A stretch of 64,000 nucleotides of DNA from a virus (IMGVR_UViG_3300032173_000004:11816-75815), one strand, 5' to 3'. Positions 1 to 10,514 are shown, counted from the stretch's first letter. The notes: generated by a model from the sequence alone, not told the origin. Translations and numbers: made by a program.

Positions 1-526
1 CCCCGCCTGTAACGAGAGACACACGATCTCCAGCAGAGTGGTTGTAGATCAACGTGGCGGCCTTGAGCTGGTGGTTCGTTGTGTCGTTGTTGGTGATGGT
101 CACGTCTTCAACCGAAGGTGTTCCCTCGCCGACCCTGGTGGTGAACGGGGCTACCGGAAAGTTGCTAGTGTCCGGCAACGTCAACAGCACGTTCGATCCT
201 GCCAGGACGTTGAACTCCAGCAGCTCAGTGGTGAGTCCGCCATTCTGAAACACGATCGAATCCGTGAAGGCTGACTTCGAGCCATAGCGAACGATGTTGT
301 AGTCCGCCACTCGCTCGTCCAGCTCGGTTCCTGTTGCTGTCTGGATTCGGAAGGCGTCTAGCAGCCTCACCATCTGGTAATACTGTTCGTCGTCTTCGAG
401 AGCAGAGGCCTCGAGGATGGTACGGATTGCCGATCCTACGGTGAAGTCTGTCAGCGTCGAATTGGCGCGGACATGGGTGATCATGTCGTTGAGAATCTGC
501 TCAAAGTTGCGAGGTACGAACGCCAT
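1..526 (-). CDS. Baseplate J-like (wedge) protein, N-terminal part; runs off the window edge
   Basis: Not in the ORF track. Manual translation from ATG at 526 gives MAFVPRNFEQILNDMITHVRANSTLTDFTVGSAIRTILEA...ATGTELDERVADYNIVR, typical of a baseplate-J N-terminus. Follows the gp25-like gene. Confidence 0.85.
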   Translation of the reverse strand, partial: MAFVPRNFEQILNDMITHVRANSTLTDFTVGSAIRTILEASALEDDEQYYQMVRLLDAFRIQTATGTELDERVADYNIVRYGSKSAFTDSIVFQNGGLTTELLEFNVLAGSNVLLTLPDTSNFPVAPFTTRVGEGTPSVEDVTITNNDTTNHQLKAATLIYNHSAGDRVSLVTGG

Positions 527-528
527 GA

Positions 529-2418
529 CTATCTCCTCACCGAGAACGAGATCGGGAGCTGTGAATCCGAGCCTCTCAGGTTGATGACAGCAGTGATCCA
601 AACCTGATCTGCGTTCACGAAGATTCGCAGGTTGTCTATGCTTTCAGTTCGCGGATCTTGACGAATCGTCCGCTGAAAGTTCATCGAGTACTCATGCAGA
701 CGGACCAGCGACGGAAACTTGGTGCCAATAGGGAACTTGGCTCCGAACGTGGGATGAGTAGCCAACTCTCCTTGCTCTGTGTTCAACTTGATCGCAAGAG
801 CTTGATTTACATTGTCCACACCCTCGATGATATCTAAGTCACCCCTACTGTTCACCATCAGATCGAACTGTTCAGTCTTCTCGTTAAGCGATAGCTTGAT
901 GTCTCTGCCGTACTTCTTCATCATCGGAGACATTTCGTCCGACGACTCGTCCGAATTGGTCACACGGGGCACCATACTGGACTGATCAACTCCGTTGGCT
1001 TCTTTCGGTATCAAAATCTTGCTACCTGGACCAAGAACCCCATCACCAGCAGATGTGGAGATATAGGGCGGCTTCAGACCATTCAAGATCGCCAGCTTCT
1101 TCCACTGATTCGCGTTGCCCAAAAACTTCTTGGCCAACGTCATGATCGTGTCACCTGAGGTGACTTGCTGCTCAACAGCTGACGACGGAATCGTGATGTT
1201 GGAGACATTGAGTGGGGAGCCAGCAGTGAGCGGTGGCTCACCGTACTGATCCAGATAGGCATTAGCATAGTCCCTGACCTGGTAACTCCTCTGCTCTGTC
1301 CACAGAAAGTCCAAGGACAGCAGGCCCTCGCCTGTGCGAACGCAGTCCCTCAAAATCTTGGCAACTTCCATGTCCCCTGCGGACGGTATCTCACCGGGGA
1401 CAGAAAATGAATCGGTGAACGAAGCGAACGCCTCGTTGCATGACTGAGTCCACCGCTTGGTGGCGTCCTCGGTGAGCTTGCTGAAGTTGGTCGAGTTCTT
1501 GATCGCGGATACACCCTCGAGGATGCCAAGGCCGGCACCTAGAACACCGTCCACGATGTTGAACGGGAACCTCGTCACGTAGTTGATGACGCCTGCCAGC
1601 TCGTTGAGATGGCGAGCCAAGTCCTTGCCGAACTTGTTGAAGAAGTCCAGCCCGCTGTTGATCTGGTTAATAAAACCAGCAGACTCGGTGATCGCCTTGA
1701 AGGTCAGGTCCAGCGGATACAGCGTTCGACACTGGATCTGATAGGTCCAGCTGAGGGGGTTCTTGGAATCCCGGTTTGTGGTGAAGGACAGTGGCTCTAC
1801 AACCCAAGCCTCGCTCTCCTTGCTATAGATCCACACCAAGGCCGTGAAGCGAGCGACCTCGGGCGACAGCTGCTTGATGTCGTAGTAGGCCCGGAAGAGG
1901 TTCCGCAGGAAGATGATGTCGTCGAACCCGGTCGCTTCCTTCTTGTGCAGTCCGCGCTCGTCGTTGTAGAGGATGCTGTTCAGCGTGCTGGGCATCGTGA
2001 TTTGAATGCCCGTGTTCTTCGCCAGACCACCGAACATCTCCGTCGACGGAGGGCTTGGACGAAAGCCAACGGTGCCACCGATGCGGACGTCCTTGAAGAT
2101 GCCGCCCTGGCTCTCAACGAACTTTCCACCTCCCTGCGTCGGAACGATGGTCGTAGCCGCTGGCTCTACCAGCTCGTATTGCTGCGGAGGTGTGGGGAAC
2201 TGATAGAGGGCCAGGTTGCCCTGGCCGCGATACTTGCCAGCCGGATCAAGTCCTGGGTACTCCATCACCTCTTCTGTGGCCAGATTCATCAAGAAGAAAG
2301 AGAAGGCACTGGACAGGACGATACCAGCATCCGTCTTGATGTCGTCGAGGCTTCCCCAGAAGCGTCGATCCACATTCCTACGAACTGTCGCCAAGGTGAA
2401 CAGTGAGGTATCAGCCAT
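529..2418 (-). CDS. Baseplate protein with LysM-like and C-terminal gp25/GPW-like domains
   Basis: LysM-like segment VTSGDTIMTLAKKFLGNANQWKKLAILNGL...GSKILIP. gp25-like C-terminus GDLDIIEGVDNVNQALAIKLNTEQGELATHPTFG...IRQDPR. Confidence 0.8.
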   Translation of the reverse strand: MADTSLFTLATVRRNVDRRFWGSLDDIKTDAGIVLSSAFSFFLMNLATEEVMEYPGLDPAGKYRGQGNLALYQFPTPPQQYELVEPAATTIVPTQGGGKFVESQGGIFKDVRIGGTVGFRPSPPSTEMFGGLAKNTGIQITMPSTLNSILYNDERGLHKKEATGFDDIIFLRNLFRAYYDIKQLSPEVARFTALVWIYSKESEAWVVEPLSFTTNRDSKNPLSWTYQIQCRTLYPLDLTFKAITESAGFINQINSGLDFFNKFGKDLARHLNELAGVINYVTRFPFNIVDGVLGAGLGILEGVSAIKNSTNFSKLTEDATKRWTQSCNEAFASFTDSFSVPGEIPSAGDMEVAKILRDCVRTGEGLLSLDFLWTEQRSYQVRDYANAYLDQYGEPPLTAGSPLNVSNITIPSSAVEQQVTSGDTIMTLAKKFLGNANQWKKLAILNGLKPPYISTSAGDGVLGPGSKILIPKEANGVDQSSMVPRVTNSDESSDEMSPMMKKYGRDIKLSLNEKTEQFDLMVNSRGDLDIIEGVDNVNQALAIKLNTEQGELATHPTFGAKFPIGTKFPSLVRLHEYSMNFQRTIRQDPRTESIDNLRIFVNADQVWITAVINLRGSDSQLPISFSVRR

Positions 2419-2816
2419 TACAACTTCTCCTGGACCTTGTCAGGGCATGAAAACGACAACGACAGATCTGGAAGGGTCGGCAAAGACGGAAGCTCAGGTA
2501 TCGCTGGAATCAGCGGAATTTTGATCGACAGAGACGGCAACGACGGGAGATCCGGCACGGGAATCTCCACGTTGAACGATGGCAACGATGGCAGCTTCAG
2601 CGTCGGCAGCGTTGGCAGCTCTGGAATTGCTGGCAGCAGAGGTATGCTGATCGACAAAGACGGGAGCGACGGCAGCTCTGGTACCGGAATTTCTGGGTTA
2701 AACGACGGAAGCGACGGCAGCTTGAGAGTAGGCAGCGTCGGCAGATCAGGGATCGCCGGAATCAACGGAATGTTGATCGACAGCGTCGGCAGATCTGGGA
2801 AAACCGCGCAGCTCAT
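2418..2816 (-). CDS. Pro/Leu-rich repeat protein (about 2.6 copies of a 42-aa unit), putative baseplate component
   Basis: ATG at 2816 overlaps the upstream TGA (ATGA). PxL triad repeats, with one Cys near each terminus. Confidence 0.7.
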   Translation of the reverse strand: MSCAVFPDLPTLSINIPLIPAIPDLPTLPTLKLPSLPSFNPEIPVPELPSLPSLSISIPLLPAIPELPTLPTLKLPSLPSFNVEIPVPDLPSLPSLSIKIPLIPAIPELPSLPTLPDLSLSFSCPDKVQEKL

Positions 2817-4282
2817 GTCGTTGTTGTGTTCTTTGCCAAGTACGTGTTCGCCGGTGGAGGCAGAGCAGCCTTCGTCATGAATGCCGTGATCGCCTCGACG
2901 TACTTCTGCCAAGCCGTTGCAAGGGCAGCAAACGGTGGATTTAGAGGCGTCAGCGGAGGAGCCTTGGTGGCGGCATCAAGGGCCTGCCACTGCGCATAGG
3001 TAGTGGAGGCACAAGCAAGCTCTTTGGCCAAATAGTCTGTCCCGAGATCGGTCAGGAATGGTGGTCCAAGAACTGGTGGAACGCCCACACCACCAATGGC
3101 CAGCGGACCGGTGATGTTCACTTTTCCGCTGACCGTCATGGTGCTACCCTTCAGGTCAATCACCCCTCCGCTCTTTGTCACGATCTGTATTTCATCGCTG
3201 AGAACATTGATCTGGGAGCCATCGTTGCTCCAGATCTGCAACTTGCCCTCGGCGATGTTGATCATAGTCCCTTTGGCAGTACCTTTGCTGACTACGATCG
3301 AGATCGTGTCTTCGGCCTTGACGGCGCACTCGCCTTTCTTGCCACCATCGCTTTCGGTGTTCTCGCAGAAGAGGTTAAAGCTGGAGGTCTTCTCCAGGGT
3401 CTCCCACTCCTTCGATCGTCGATAGGTTCTCTTGGTTGCCCGGGTCTTCGGAGACCCTGTTACAGGCTGATCTGGGTGTGGAAGATCAACGTCAGTCACA
3501 GGAGTGGACTTGGTACTTCCGGCTCCCAGACGAGGGTTCTGATGTTCCTTCTCGTTGAAGTTGATCTCGAGCTGGCAGGTCTTACCAACATCGACCTGTA
3601 CGTGGCCACCTTTGTCGACCAGCTTCCGAGTCAGCTTCCCATCCTTGATCGAAACCTGAGAGTTGGCTTCCGTGGTGTCCAGGTACACATCTCCGGTCTT
3701 GTTGATCGCGAAGATGGTACCATTGACCCTACGAATAAACCGAGATCGATTCTTCTTGATGTCGGTCTGAACAAGGGCCTTCTCTTTGTACCCATGACCG
3801 CTCGTAGCCAGATCGAACGGGTTCGACGGATGTGGCCACCACCCCATGATGAACGGAAGCTCGATACGACCACCAATGAAGCCAATCAAGCACCACTCAC
3901 CGTCGAGCTTGGCGTAGTTGACCTTGCTGAAATCGCTGCTCAGCGTGGACCCATCCACCAACTCCGAGCATCCACGAGGAAGGTCTTCCTCGTAGTTGTC
4001 GACGCCAGAGTGTCGGCCAGGAGGAACCGTGACATGCTTGATCAGAATATCCGGCTGCTGGCCGATGTGGTCCGTGGCCAGGACCGTGCATTCGTGTCGG
4101 ATACCTCGGAAGTCATCCGACTGCAGCGCTGTGTAGTTGTCTACAGCGTCCGCCGGAACTACGGACAGGATGATCCCAACCAGAGGGTGCATGCCCTGGT
4201 CGGCTTCGAGAGACCGAAACTGGTGTTGCGAAGACGAGAGGACAGTTCCGTCCTCCATGTAGCAGTTGACTCTGGCCGTCAT
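2813..4282 (-). CDS. Putative baseplate central spike (gp5/Vgr-like)
   Basis: OB-fold-like LDGEWCLIGFIGGRIELPFIMGWWPHP followed by beta-rich repeats. Sits after the hub gene. Confidence 0.65.
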   Translation of the reverse strand: MTARVNCYMEDGTVLSSSQHQFRSLEADQGMHPLVGIILSVVPADAVDNYTALQSDDFRGIRHECTVLATDHIGQQPDILIKHVTVPPGRHSGVDNYEEDLPRGCSELVDGSTLSSDFSKVNYAKLDGEWCLIGFIGGRIELPFIMGWWPHPSNPFDLATSGHGYKEKALVQTDIKKNRSRFIRRVNGTIFAINKTGDVYLDTTEANSQVSIKDGKLTRKLVDKGGHVQVDVGKTCQLEINFNEKEHQNPRLGAGSTKSTPVTDVDLPHPDQPVTGSPKTRATKRTYRRSKEWETLEKTSSFNLFCENTESDGGKKGECAVKAEDTISIVVSKGTAKGTMINIAEGKLQIWSNDGSQINVLSDEIQIVTKSGGVIDLKGSTMTVSGKVNITGPLAIGGVGVPPVLGPPFLTDLGTDYLAKELACASTTYAQWQALDAATKAPPLTPLNPPFAALATAWQKYVEAITAFMTKAALPPPANTYLAKNTTTT

Positions 4283-6597
4283 GTGTCACTTCCTCCAACC
4301 TTCTCCGCGGCACCTCCAGCTTCCTCTAGGAACTTGAACGCCTCACGAAGCTTGGTCAGAGCCTTCTGCAGGATGGTCTGATCTTTCGACGATGTGATCG
4401 GGGTTCCTCCTGAGGCTACGAATGCCTCTTCATTGGCGCCCCAGTTGAACTTCCCATTCTTGTTGAGACCAGGAAGGTCGGTCTCGTTGTCGAGAAGATG
4501 CTGCTCCGACGTGGATGAATCTCCATACCACAGAGATGATGCTGACGTGGCTTGCACGTCCTTCATTCTGAAGCAGTCGGCCAATCGGCTCTGGTCATCC
4601 CGGCAGTTGGAGCCGCCCCAGGCTTTTAGAGGCGGCATGACGTACACAGGGAGAGGATTGTTTCGCTGTCCACGACTGACAGCCACGGTCGTGGTCAACA
4701 TGGTACCACTTTGGTCGATCTTCCAGTTCTGGCTGACGGCCTCGATGTAGTACGACTCGTTCCGCTCTTTGATGTCAAGTCGGTACCCTACACGAAGCTC
4801 TGGAAACGCTCGTAGGTTGAACGTCCCATTCAGGTACTCTCGATTGTGCTGGTACCAGTGATCCAGAAGCATAGCCCAGCGGATGGTCTGGAACCGACTT
4901 CCGGGTCCATCAACCCCCTCGATCATCTTCAGCTGTGTAGGCCATCTGGCGAACTTGGTGGTGTAGGACCTAACCCTAAGGCCATCACGAACCACTGAAA
5001 TAGGGTTACAGATGGGGATCAAGTCCTGGAACATGTACTTCGCAGCCTCACCGATACCTGTGTCGGCATAGGCCTCGAGCAGGTTCACCACGTCATTATC
5101 ACTACGACCGATCGACTCATTCGTGATGTCCTGGATGCTGATCGCAAACGTGTCCAGATGCTTCTGGGCCTTCACTCCCGAGGCTGCTAGCGGGTTGAGG
5201 GCTTCGATCTTGGATACTTGTCTACCAGTCTTTCCGATCCCCTTGGCAAATACCGCCTCGTCACCGAACCCGCCAAGAGCGATCGGACCCAGCTTCTTCT
5301 GTCCCGGCAGGATGATGGAACCAGTCGGCTTAACCCCCTCCACCGTCGAGAATGGATACTCTCGCATCACGATCGCCGGGACCATCGTGACACCAGTGTT
5401 CTCTTTGAGCAGATCTGGCCGCCGTGCGTAGCCGCCAGTTTGTAGATCGAAGTTCTCGTTCTCTCCAACAGGACGAAGATCGCAGAAAAGCTCGTTGACC
5501 ATGTCGTTGGACCACGAGTTCATGATCGACCACAGTGGTCCCTGCGACGACCAGATCTGTGGAGACAATATTGATCCGTCGATCGCGTTGTATTCCACAA
5601 ACCTGAAATCGATCAGATCGAGCAGAGTGAGTTTGACCCCAGGAGGGTTCATGATGGACTTCCCCTCCTGGATAACAGTGGTGAACTCAGGTCTCTGCAT
5701 CTTCATCCAGGCGGCCCACTTCGTCTGGATTCGATCTTGCTCAGCAGCAGACGTCTTTTTCTTGTCCTTGATGACGTTTTCAGGAAGAGCATTCGTCAGC
5801 TCTGACGCTGGCCGACCCGTCAGCTGCTCCAGCTCTTTCGTAGCATCCTTCTTGAGCTTCTCCAACTGATCAGGGCTATCAAGAGCCCCGTAGTCATCGG
5901 GTAGAACCGTAAGGAGGTTCTTGAATCTTGTCTTACGAGCGTTGGTGACCAGTGCCTGATCAATCACAGGGAAAGTGGCAGGCACAGCAAATTGAGCACT
6001 GAATCCCAACAGTCGCTCAGCTAAGGTGAGAACGATATCCGCAGGATTTCCCTTAATCGTTAGACCTTTGGTCTGCAGAAGGGCTCCCGCGATCATCTTG
6101 GTACCAGCAAAATGCTGAGATACGAAATCACCACGTTGCACAATGCTGGGGTTGAAGTACAGCTGAGTCTTGTCGAACGCTTTGGTGAAATCAGAACAAG
6201 TGACGTTGAAGACCGTAGTCTGTGTTCCGTCTCCGTTTACAGTGATCGCCCTTTCGATCCTGTCCACGAACCCGAAGAAAGACATGATGAATCCACGTCC
6301 ATCACCAGGATCAAAATAGATGAAGACGTAGTCGTTGGGAAAGATGTAGTTGAGATAGTTCCTGCGAGGAACTAGAACAAACGAGGCGCCTCCACCACTC
6401 TTGATCGTCTTGCTGGTTTGGCACTGAATGACATCTCGGGTACAGTCAACGGCTTTGGACGACTCCTTTCCCTTCTCGTCTTTGCCACCACCTGTTCCAT
6501 CAGAGATGTGAGAATAGATCAGAATCCTGCAGACAGAAGACTGCCTCGGAATATCGAAGATCTCAGCGCCATATACGTCGCGAACTGAATCAGCCAT
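4279..6597 (-). CDS. Putative baseplate hub protein
   Basis: Directly downstream of the tape measure. Hub-like motifs FFGFVDRIER and LNGTFNLRAFPELRVGYRL...YYIEAVSQNW...TTVAVSRGQR. Confidence 0.65.
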   Translation of the reverse strand: MADSVRDVYGAEIFDIPRQSSVCRILIYSHISDGTGGGKDEKGKESSKAVDCTRDVIQCQTSKTIKSGGGASFVLVPRRNYLNYIFPNDYVFIYFDPGDGRGFIMSFFGFVDRIERAITVNGDGTQTTVFNVTCSDFTKAFDKTQLYFNPSIVQRGDFVSQHFAGTKMIAGALLQTKGLTIKGNPADIVLTLAERLLGFSAQFAVPATFPVIDQALVTNARKTRFKNLLTVLPDDYGALDSPDQLEKLKKDATKELEQLTGRPASELTNALPENVIKDKKKTSAAEQDRIQTKWAAWMKMQRPEFTTVIQEGKSIMNPPGVKLTLLDLIDFRFVEYNAIDGSILSPQIWSSQGPLWSIMNSWSNDMVNELFCDLRPVGENENFDLQTGGYARRPDLLKENTGVTMVPAIVMREYPFSTVEGVKPTGSIILPGQKKLGPIALGGFGDEAVFAKGIGKTGRQVSKIEALNPLAASGVKAQKHLDTFAISIQDITNESIGRSDNDVVNLLEAYADTGIGEAAKYMFQDLIPICNPISVVRDGLRVRSYTTKFARWPTQLKMIEGVDGPGSRFQTIRWAMLLDHWYQHNREYLNGTFNLRAFPELRVGYRLDIKERNESYYIEAVSQNWKIDQSGTMLTTTVAVSRGQRNNPLPVYVMPPLKAWGGSNCRDDQSRLADCFRMKDVQATSASSLWYGDSSTSEQHLLDNETDLPGLNKNGKFNWGANEEAFVASGGTPITSSKDQTILQKALTKLREAFKFLEEAGGAAEKVGGSDT

Positions 6598-6600
6598 GGA

Positions 6601-9003
6601 TCACTTCGTTGTGGCAGATGTTCTGCCTTCGCCCTTCATCCCCGACTGCACATTTACGTTGGACCCGGCGATACGGGACTCACCAACAGGTGTGGCGCCA
6701 GCCGCTGTTTTGACCTGCCCTCGTCGAGCACGTAGGAATTCGGGATCGCTTACCTCTTCGATCTCACTTCTAAGCTTCTTTACTGGCTTGTCCCTTTCCG
6801 CAGCAGCACCCTCCACAGACTTACGGGCCTGAGCAAAAACTTCTTTCGCCGCCCTGACCATCGTGGCTCGATCACCAGACTGAGCGGCGTGAGCAAGACG
6901 TCGTGTCTGACCAGAGGTAATGGCCTCGAGGTATTGATTTGCCTTCTCCCCACCTTGCTTCTTGAAGTAGGCCTCGACGATGTTCGCGTAATCAATCTGA
7001 CGCTGAGCCATCTGCTTTTCAGCTGTGGGAGCGCCTACCATGGCCTCGGTAACAGACTTTCGATAGGCCGAGCTTCCGATCATTCCGATCATACCCATCG
7101 GACCTGAAGTCAGGTGCTCGAGAGCTTTCCTATTCTGCATCAGATTTGCAGCACCAAGCTCAGCCTGTCCACGCTCACGAAGACCTTTGGTTCCTTTCCA
7201 GCTGGACTTCTCAATGGCATTCGTCATCTTGTTGAAGTCACTACTAATCTCCTGCCATGCCTTTGCAGGATCGGGCATCTTCATTGTCTTGGACCACCAA
7301 GTGACAATGGTCTTCCAGATGTCCTCCAGAATCTTGAAAATCTTAGGAAGGTAGTCAGCAACAGTCTTGATCATTTCAAGCTGAGCCATCTGCAGCTTCA
7401 TCATCACCGGAGCGATCTTCGATCCGATATGTATCTGCATGGCTTCCACACCAGCCATATGCTTCTTGATGCCGGCGAAGCCCTCCTTGGAAACCTTGAG
7501 CGCTTGCTCGTCGATGGGCTTGGTCTCTTCGAGAACCTTGTTGATCTCTTCATTCTTCTTGGCCAAGGACAGGTTGGAATCGTAGATGTCCTTGAGTTTC
7601 TCGACCTGCTCGATGGAGAGACGACCGCCGCTCATCTGCTCCATGACCAAGTTGGCCATCTGATTCTCAGGAGCCCGGCCAGGGGCATTCATGTTGCCAT
7701 GCTGACCGTAGACCTCTTTCATCATCCGGGTGACGTTCTCTGGGTCTTGGATTCCCTTCTGCTGCATCTTGCGAGCGTCGTAGTAGCTGACCCCGCTTCC
7801 CGGCTTTCCGAAGCCCATGGCCTGCATCATCATGGCCTGCCCGGCTTCGCCAGCACCTGGATTCTTGATCATCTGATCAACAGCGCTGAGCATCTGCTGA
7901 CCACGTTGACCCTGGAAGCCAACACCACCGTACTTGCCCATCATGGCAAGCTGTTTGGAGATGGCCGTCATGTCGACCTTGCCAGCTGCCGTAGAGAACT
8001 GCTGCTGGGTCAAGGCCTGCACGCCTTGGAAGAACTCCGGCAACCTCGCCTTCTCGAGGCCGGAGTACATGCCCAAAGAGATCGTCTTCTCGAGCTGCTT
8101 AGCAGCAGCTTTCTGGTTGACCGCTCCTGTGAAAGACTGGCCTGCCTGGCGCATCGTGCCCATGTGGGCAATGGCTTCGCCGATGCGACCAGGACCGAAC
8201 CCACCAGCCAGGGATAGCTGCTGAGCCATCCCAACCGAGCCCAGATTGCCTGTTGCAGCTGCTGCAGCAGGTGCCAGGGTGGCCGTTTCAGTGGGGGTGA
8301 AGCCGAGAGCCCCTCCAGACTTCCCACGACCCCTTCTGCGGAAGTCCCGAGGGGTGCCCAGACCGGTCATCCCGAACTGGGCCGCCCCATACTGCATGTA
8401 CTGTTGGTAGCCGGACTGGAGGCCTCCGGTGACCATACCCAGAAGACCAGAGCCGAGCCCAGCGATCCCTCGTCCAGCAGCTGCACCGAGCCGGTAGCGC
8501 TTATTGGGACCCTGGAAGGCCTGAATCAGCCCAGCCAGGCCCGAACCGCGTCCCAGGCCTGCCAGGAACCCCCCACCTTCTCCTAGGAAGCCTGGACCCT
8601 TCTTGCCACCACCAGGAGGAGGCGCTCCTGGAGCGGGACCTCGACCAGCACCAGGACCAGTGCCTCCACCGAAGTTGAACCCTACGCTTTTGGCAAGAGC
8701 GGCAATGCTCTTCATCCGCTCTTCGGTGGTCTTCAGTCGTCGATTGAGGATCGAGAGAGTGTCGGATGCCCGCTTGAAGGCATCCGACATCTCATTGACC
8801 GCGCCTGCAGCTCCCTTCTTGCGTCGACCACCAGCGCCTCTGGACCCGGCGCCCTGACCACCCTCGATTCTGCCTAGACCTTTGTCCCCAGTGGCACGCT
8901 TGGCGAAGTTTTCGAGGCGCTGGGTAGCTTCCCGAAGGTTCTTCTCGAGTTCTTTGATCTTGATCTCGAGTTCAATTTGAATCTTGTTTTCGTCGCCCGG
9001 CAT
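6601..9003 (-). CDS. Tape measure protein
   Basis: 800 aa, G/A/M/Q-rich and helical. Lies between the tail chaperones and the hub. Confidence 0.8.
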   Translation of the reverse strand: MPGDENKIQIELEIKIKELEKNLREATQRLENFAKRATGDKGLGRIEGGQGAGSRGAGGRRKKGAAGAVNEMSDAFKRASDTLSILNRRLKTTEERMKSIAALAKSVGFNFGGGTGPGAGRGPAPGAPPPGGGKKGPGFLGEGGGFLAGLGRGSGLAGLIQAFQGPNKRYRLGAAAGRGIAGLGSGLLGMVTGGLQSGYQQYMQYGAAQFGMTGLGTPRDFRRRGRGKSGGALGFTPTETATLAPAAAAATGNLGSVGMAQQLSLAGGFGPGRIGEAIAHMGTMRQAGQSFTGAVNQKAAAKQLEKTISLGMYSGLEKARLPEFFQGVQALTQQQFSTAAGKVDMTAISKQLAMMGKYGGVGFQGQRGQQMLSAVDQMIKNPGAGEAGQAMMMQAMGFGKPGSGVSYYDARKMQQKGIQDPENVTRMMKEVYGQHGNMNAPGRAPENQMANLVMEQMSGGRLSIEQVEKLKDIYDSNLSLAKKNEEINKVLEETKPIDEQALKVSKEGFAGIKKHMAGVEAMQIHIGSKIAPVMMKLQMAQLEMIKTVADYLPKIFKILEDIWKTIVTWWSKTMKMPDPAKAWQEISSDFNKMTNAIEKSSWKGTKGLRERGQAELGAANLMQNRKALEHLTSGPMGMIGMIGSSAYRKSVTEAMVGAPTAEKQMAQRQIDYANIVEAYFKKQGGEKANQYLEAITSGQTRRLAHAAQSGDRATMVRAAKEVFAQARKSVEGAAAERDKPVKKLRSEIEEVSDPEFLRARRGQVKTAAGATPVGESRIAGSNVNVQSGMKGEGRTSATTK

Positions 9004-9018
9004 GCCGCCATCCTTCGC

Positions 9019-9462
9019 TCAGTAGGTCTCAGAGAATCCGTCGGCTAGGCCGATCTCTTCAGCTACTTGCACGCTCTGCTGTGTGAGACGCGCCTTGGCT
9101 TCTTCTTCTTTCCTCCTCTCCTCGGTGTCCACACCATCGAGAAGATCAGGTTCGAGACCCTCGGCGATCTCTTTCTCCCACTTGTCGATGAGAGAGTCGC
9201 CGGTATTGCTGAAGACTACTTGTCCGTCCCTCGTCTGCCTCGCTTCGATCGGGTTCTTCCGGTAGTAGTCCTCCCAGAACAGCGTCAACAGCTCCAGCAG
9301 CGTGAGCTGTTCGAACGCATCATGGGTCGATGGAAGGTGGTACTTGGCCTCCCACCAGCTGCGGAGGATGTCCAGCGTGTCCGGGTTCCTGACCCGTTTG
9401 GCTGCGATCATCCGCGCTGCTTCTTCCAGTCGATAGCTCTTCTCGGAGCCTGGCAGGGAGAA
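9019..9462 (-). CDS. Tail assembly chaperone second ORF (GT-like), probably reached by a +1 frameshift
   Basis: Overlaps the upstream chaperone in the +1 frame. Contains WWEAKYHLPSTHDAF. No clear SD before the internal ATG. Confidence 0.6.
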   Translation of the reverse strand, partial: FSLPGSEKSYRLEEAARMIAAKRVRNPDTLDILRSWWEAKYHLPSTHDAFEQLTLLELLTLFWEDYYRKNPIEARQTRDGQVVFSNTGDSLIDKWEKEIAEGLEPDLLDGVDTEERRKEEEAKARLTQQSVQVAEEIGLADGFSETY

Positions 9463-9916
9463 ACGAATTCTCGAACTTGAGAACCTCCTCGTAAAGAACC
9501 TGCAGGAGGTCCGGGTCAATGATCTCGTCGAGATTGAACCAGGTCGGGGCCTGGATGACAGCGAACTCGAGGTGCGCCATCATCCCGTTCATGTTGTTGA
9601 TGTGTCGCTCGATGCCGTGACCAGGATTGTTCTCGTCGAAGTGAAGCCCACCATTGAGCTGTACTTTCCTGACTCCGATCTGGGCCAAGTCACGAACCGA
9701 CATCTTCTTGATCGTGAAACTGCCCTCGTACACCTTGTTCTCCATCTCCGACATGTATCGGAAAGGAAAACTGTGGGTACGGTTGATCGGAGTTGTCATC
9801 ACGTTCGCCTGCTGAGGATGCTGAGGGTACGGTGGCATCGGCTGCGAGGGCGAAGTGGAGGGGTTGGTCTGTCGGAACTGCGGCTGACCACCCACAATTG
9901 CTGCTGGATCTACCAT
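9320..9916 (-). CDS. Tail assembly chaperone (G-like)
   Basis: Between tube and tape measure. YEGSFTIKKMSVRD...APTWFNLDEI...LYEEVLKFENSF resembles SPO1/Twort-type chaperones. Confidence 0.7.
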   Translation of the reverse strand: MVDPAAIVGGQPQFRQTNPSTSPSQPMPPYPQHPQQANVMTTPINRTHSFPFRYMSEMENKVYEGSFTIKKMSVRDLAQIGVRKVQLNGGLHFDENNPGHGIERHINNMNGMMAHLEFAVIQAPTWFNLDEIIDPDLLQVLYEEVLKFENSFLPARLREELSTGRSSADDRSQTGQEPGHAGHPPQLVGGQVPPSIDP

Positions 9917-9956
9917 CTTCTTATCTCCTATTGTCGCCAGGTCTCTGGACGGCCCG

Positions 9957-10406
9957 TTACGGACGCTCGTACTCGTCCGCCACCTTGATCGCCACGAAGG
10001 GGACGTTCTCGCTCACGATGCCGCGGGCGGTAACATCGAAAGAGTGCCCGCCGCAGCGGACACCGGTGAAGAGAGCCACGGTCTTGCGGGTGACACCAGC
10101 GTCCTCGATGGCGGCATCCATCGCGTTCGACGTGATGATGTCCTTGGGCTTGGGGAAGATCCCTTGCTTCTTGATGGAGTCCCCGATGATCCTGAAGATC
10201 TGAGCCGAGAGCGTGCATCGGTACGCCACCGGCACATGCTCGCGAACCTCAAGAAGATCAAGTACTTCCACCGGTTCGTAGTCGATCGTCTCCTCGCCGC
10301 TCACTCCTGCGGCGTAGCCAACCGTCACTCCGCTGACCTTGAAACGAGCCCGAGCGCCGGAGAACACCTGAGGTGCGCCGGCAACGTTCGCAGTGGCTTC
10401 CGCCAT
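9957..10406 (-). CDS. Tail tube protein
   Basis: 149 aa with VFSGARARFKVSGVTVGYAAGVSGEETIDYEPVEVL. Strong SD (AGGAGG); downstream of the sheath. Confidence 0.8.
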   Translation of the reverse strand: MAEATANVAGAPQVFSGARARFKVSGVTVGYAAGVSGEETIDYEPVEVLDLLEVREHVPVAYRCTLSAQIFRIIGDSIKKQGIFPKPKDIITSNAMDAAIEDAGVTRKTVALFTGVRCGGHSFDVTARGIVSENVPFVAIKVADEYERP

Positions 10407-10514
10407 AGGATCCTCCTATCCTTGGTTGATCTTGTTTTCTACTACCGAGCATGCTGGGGGTGCCGAAGGGTGACCGCTACGTGTCAGCTCCAGAGCACTC
10501 CGCTGGCGAGCAAG

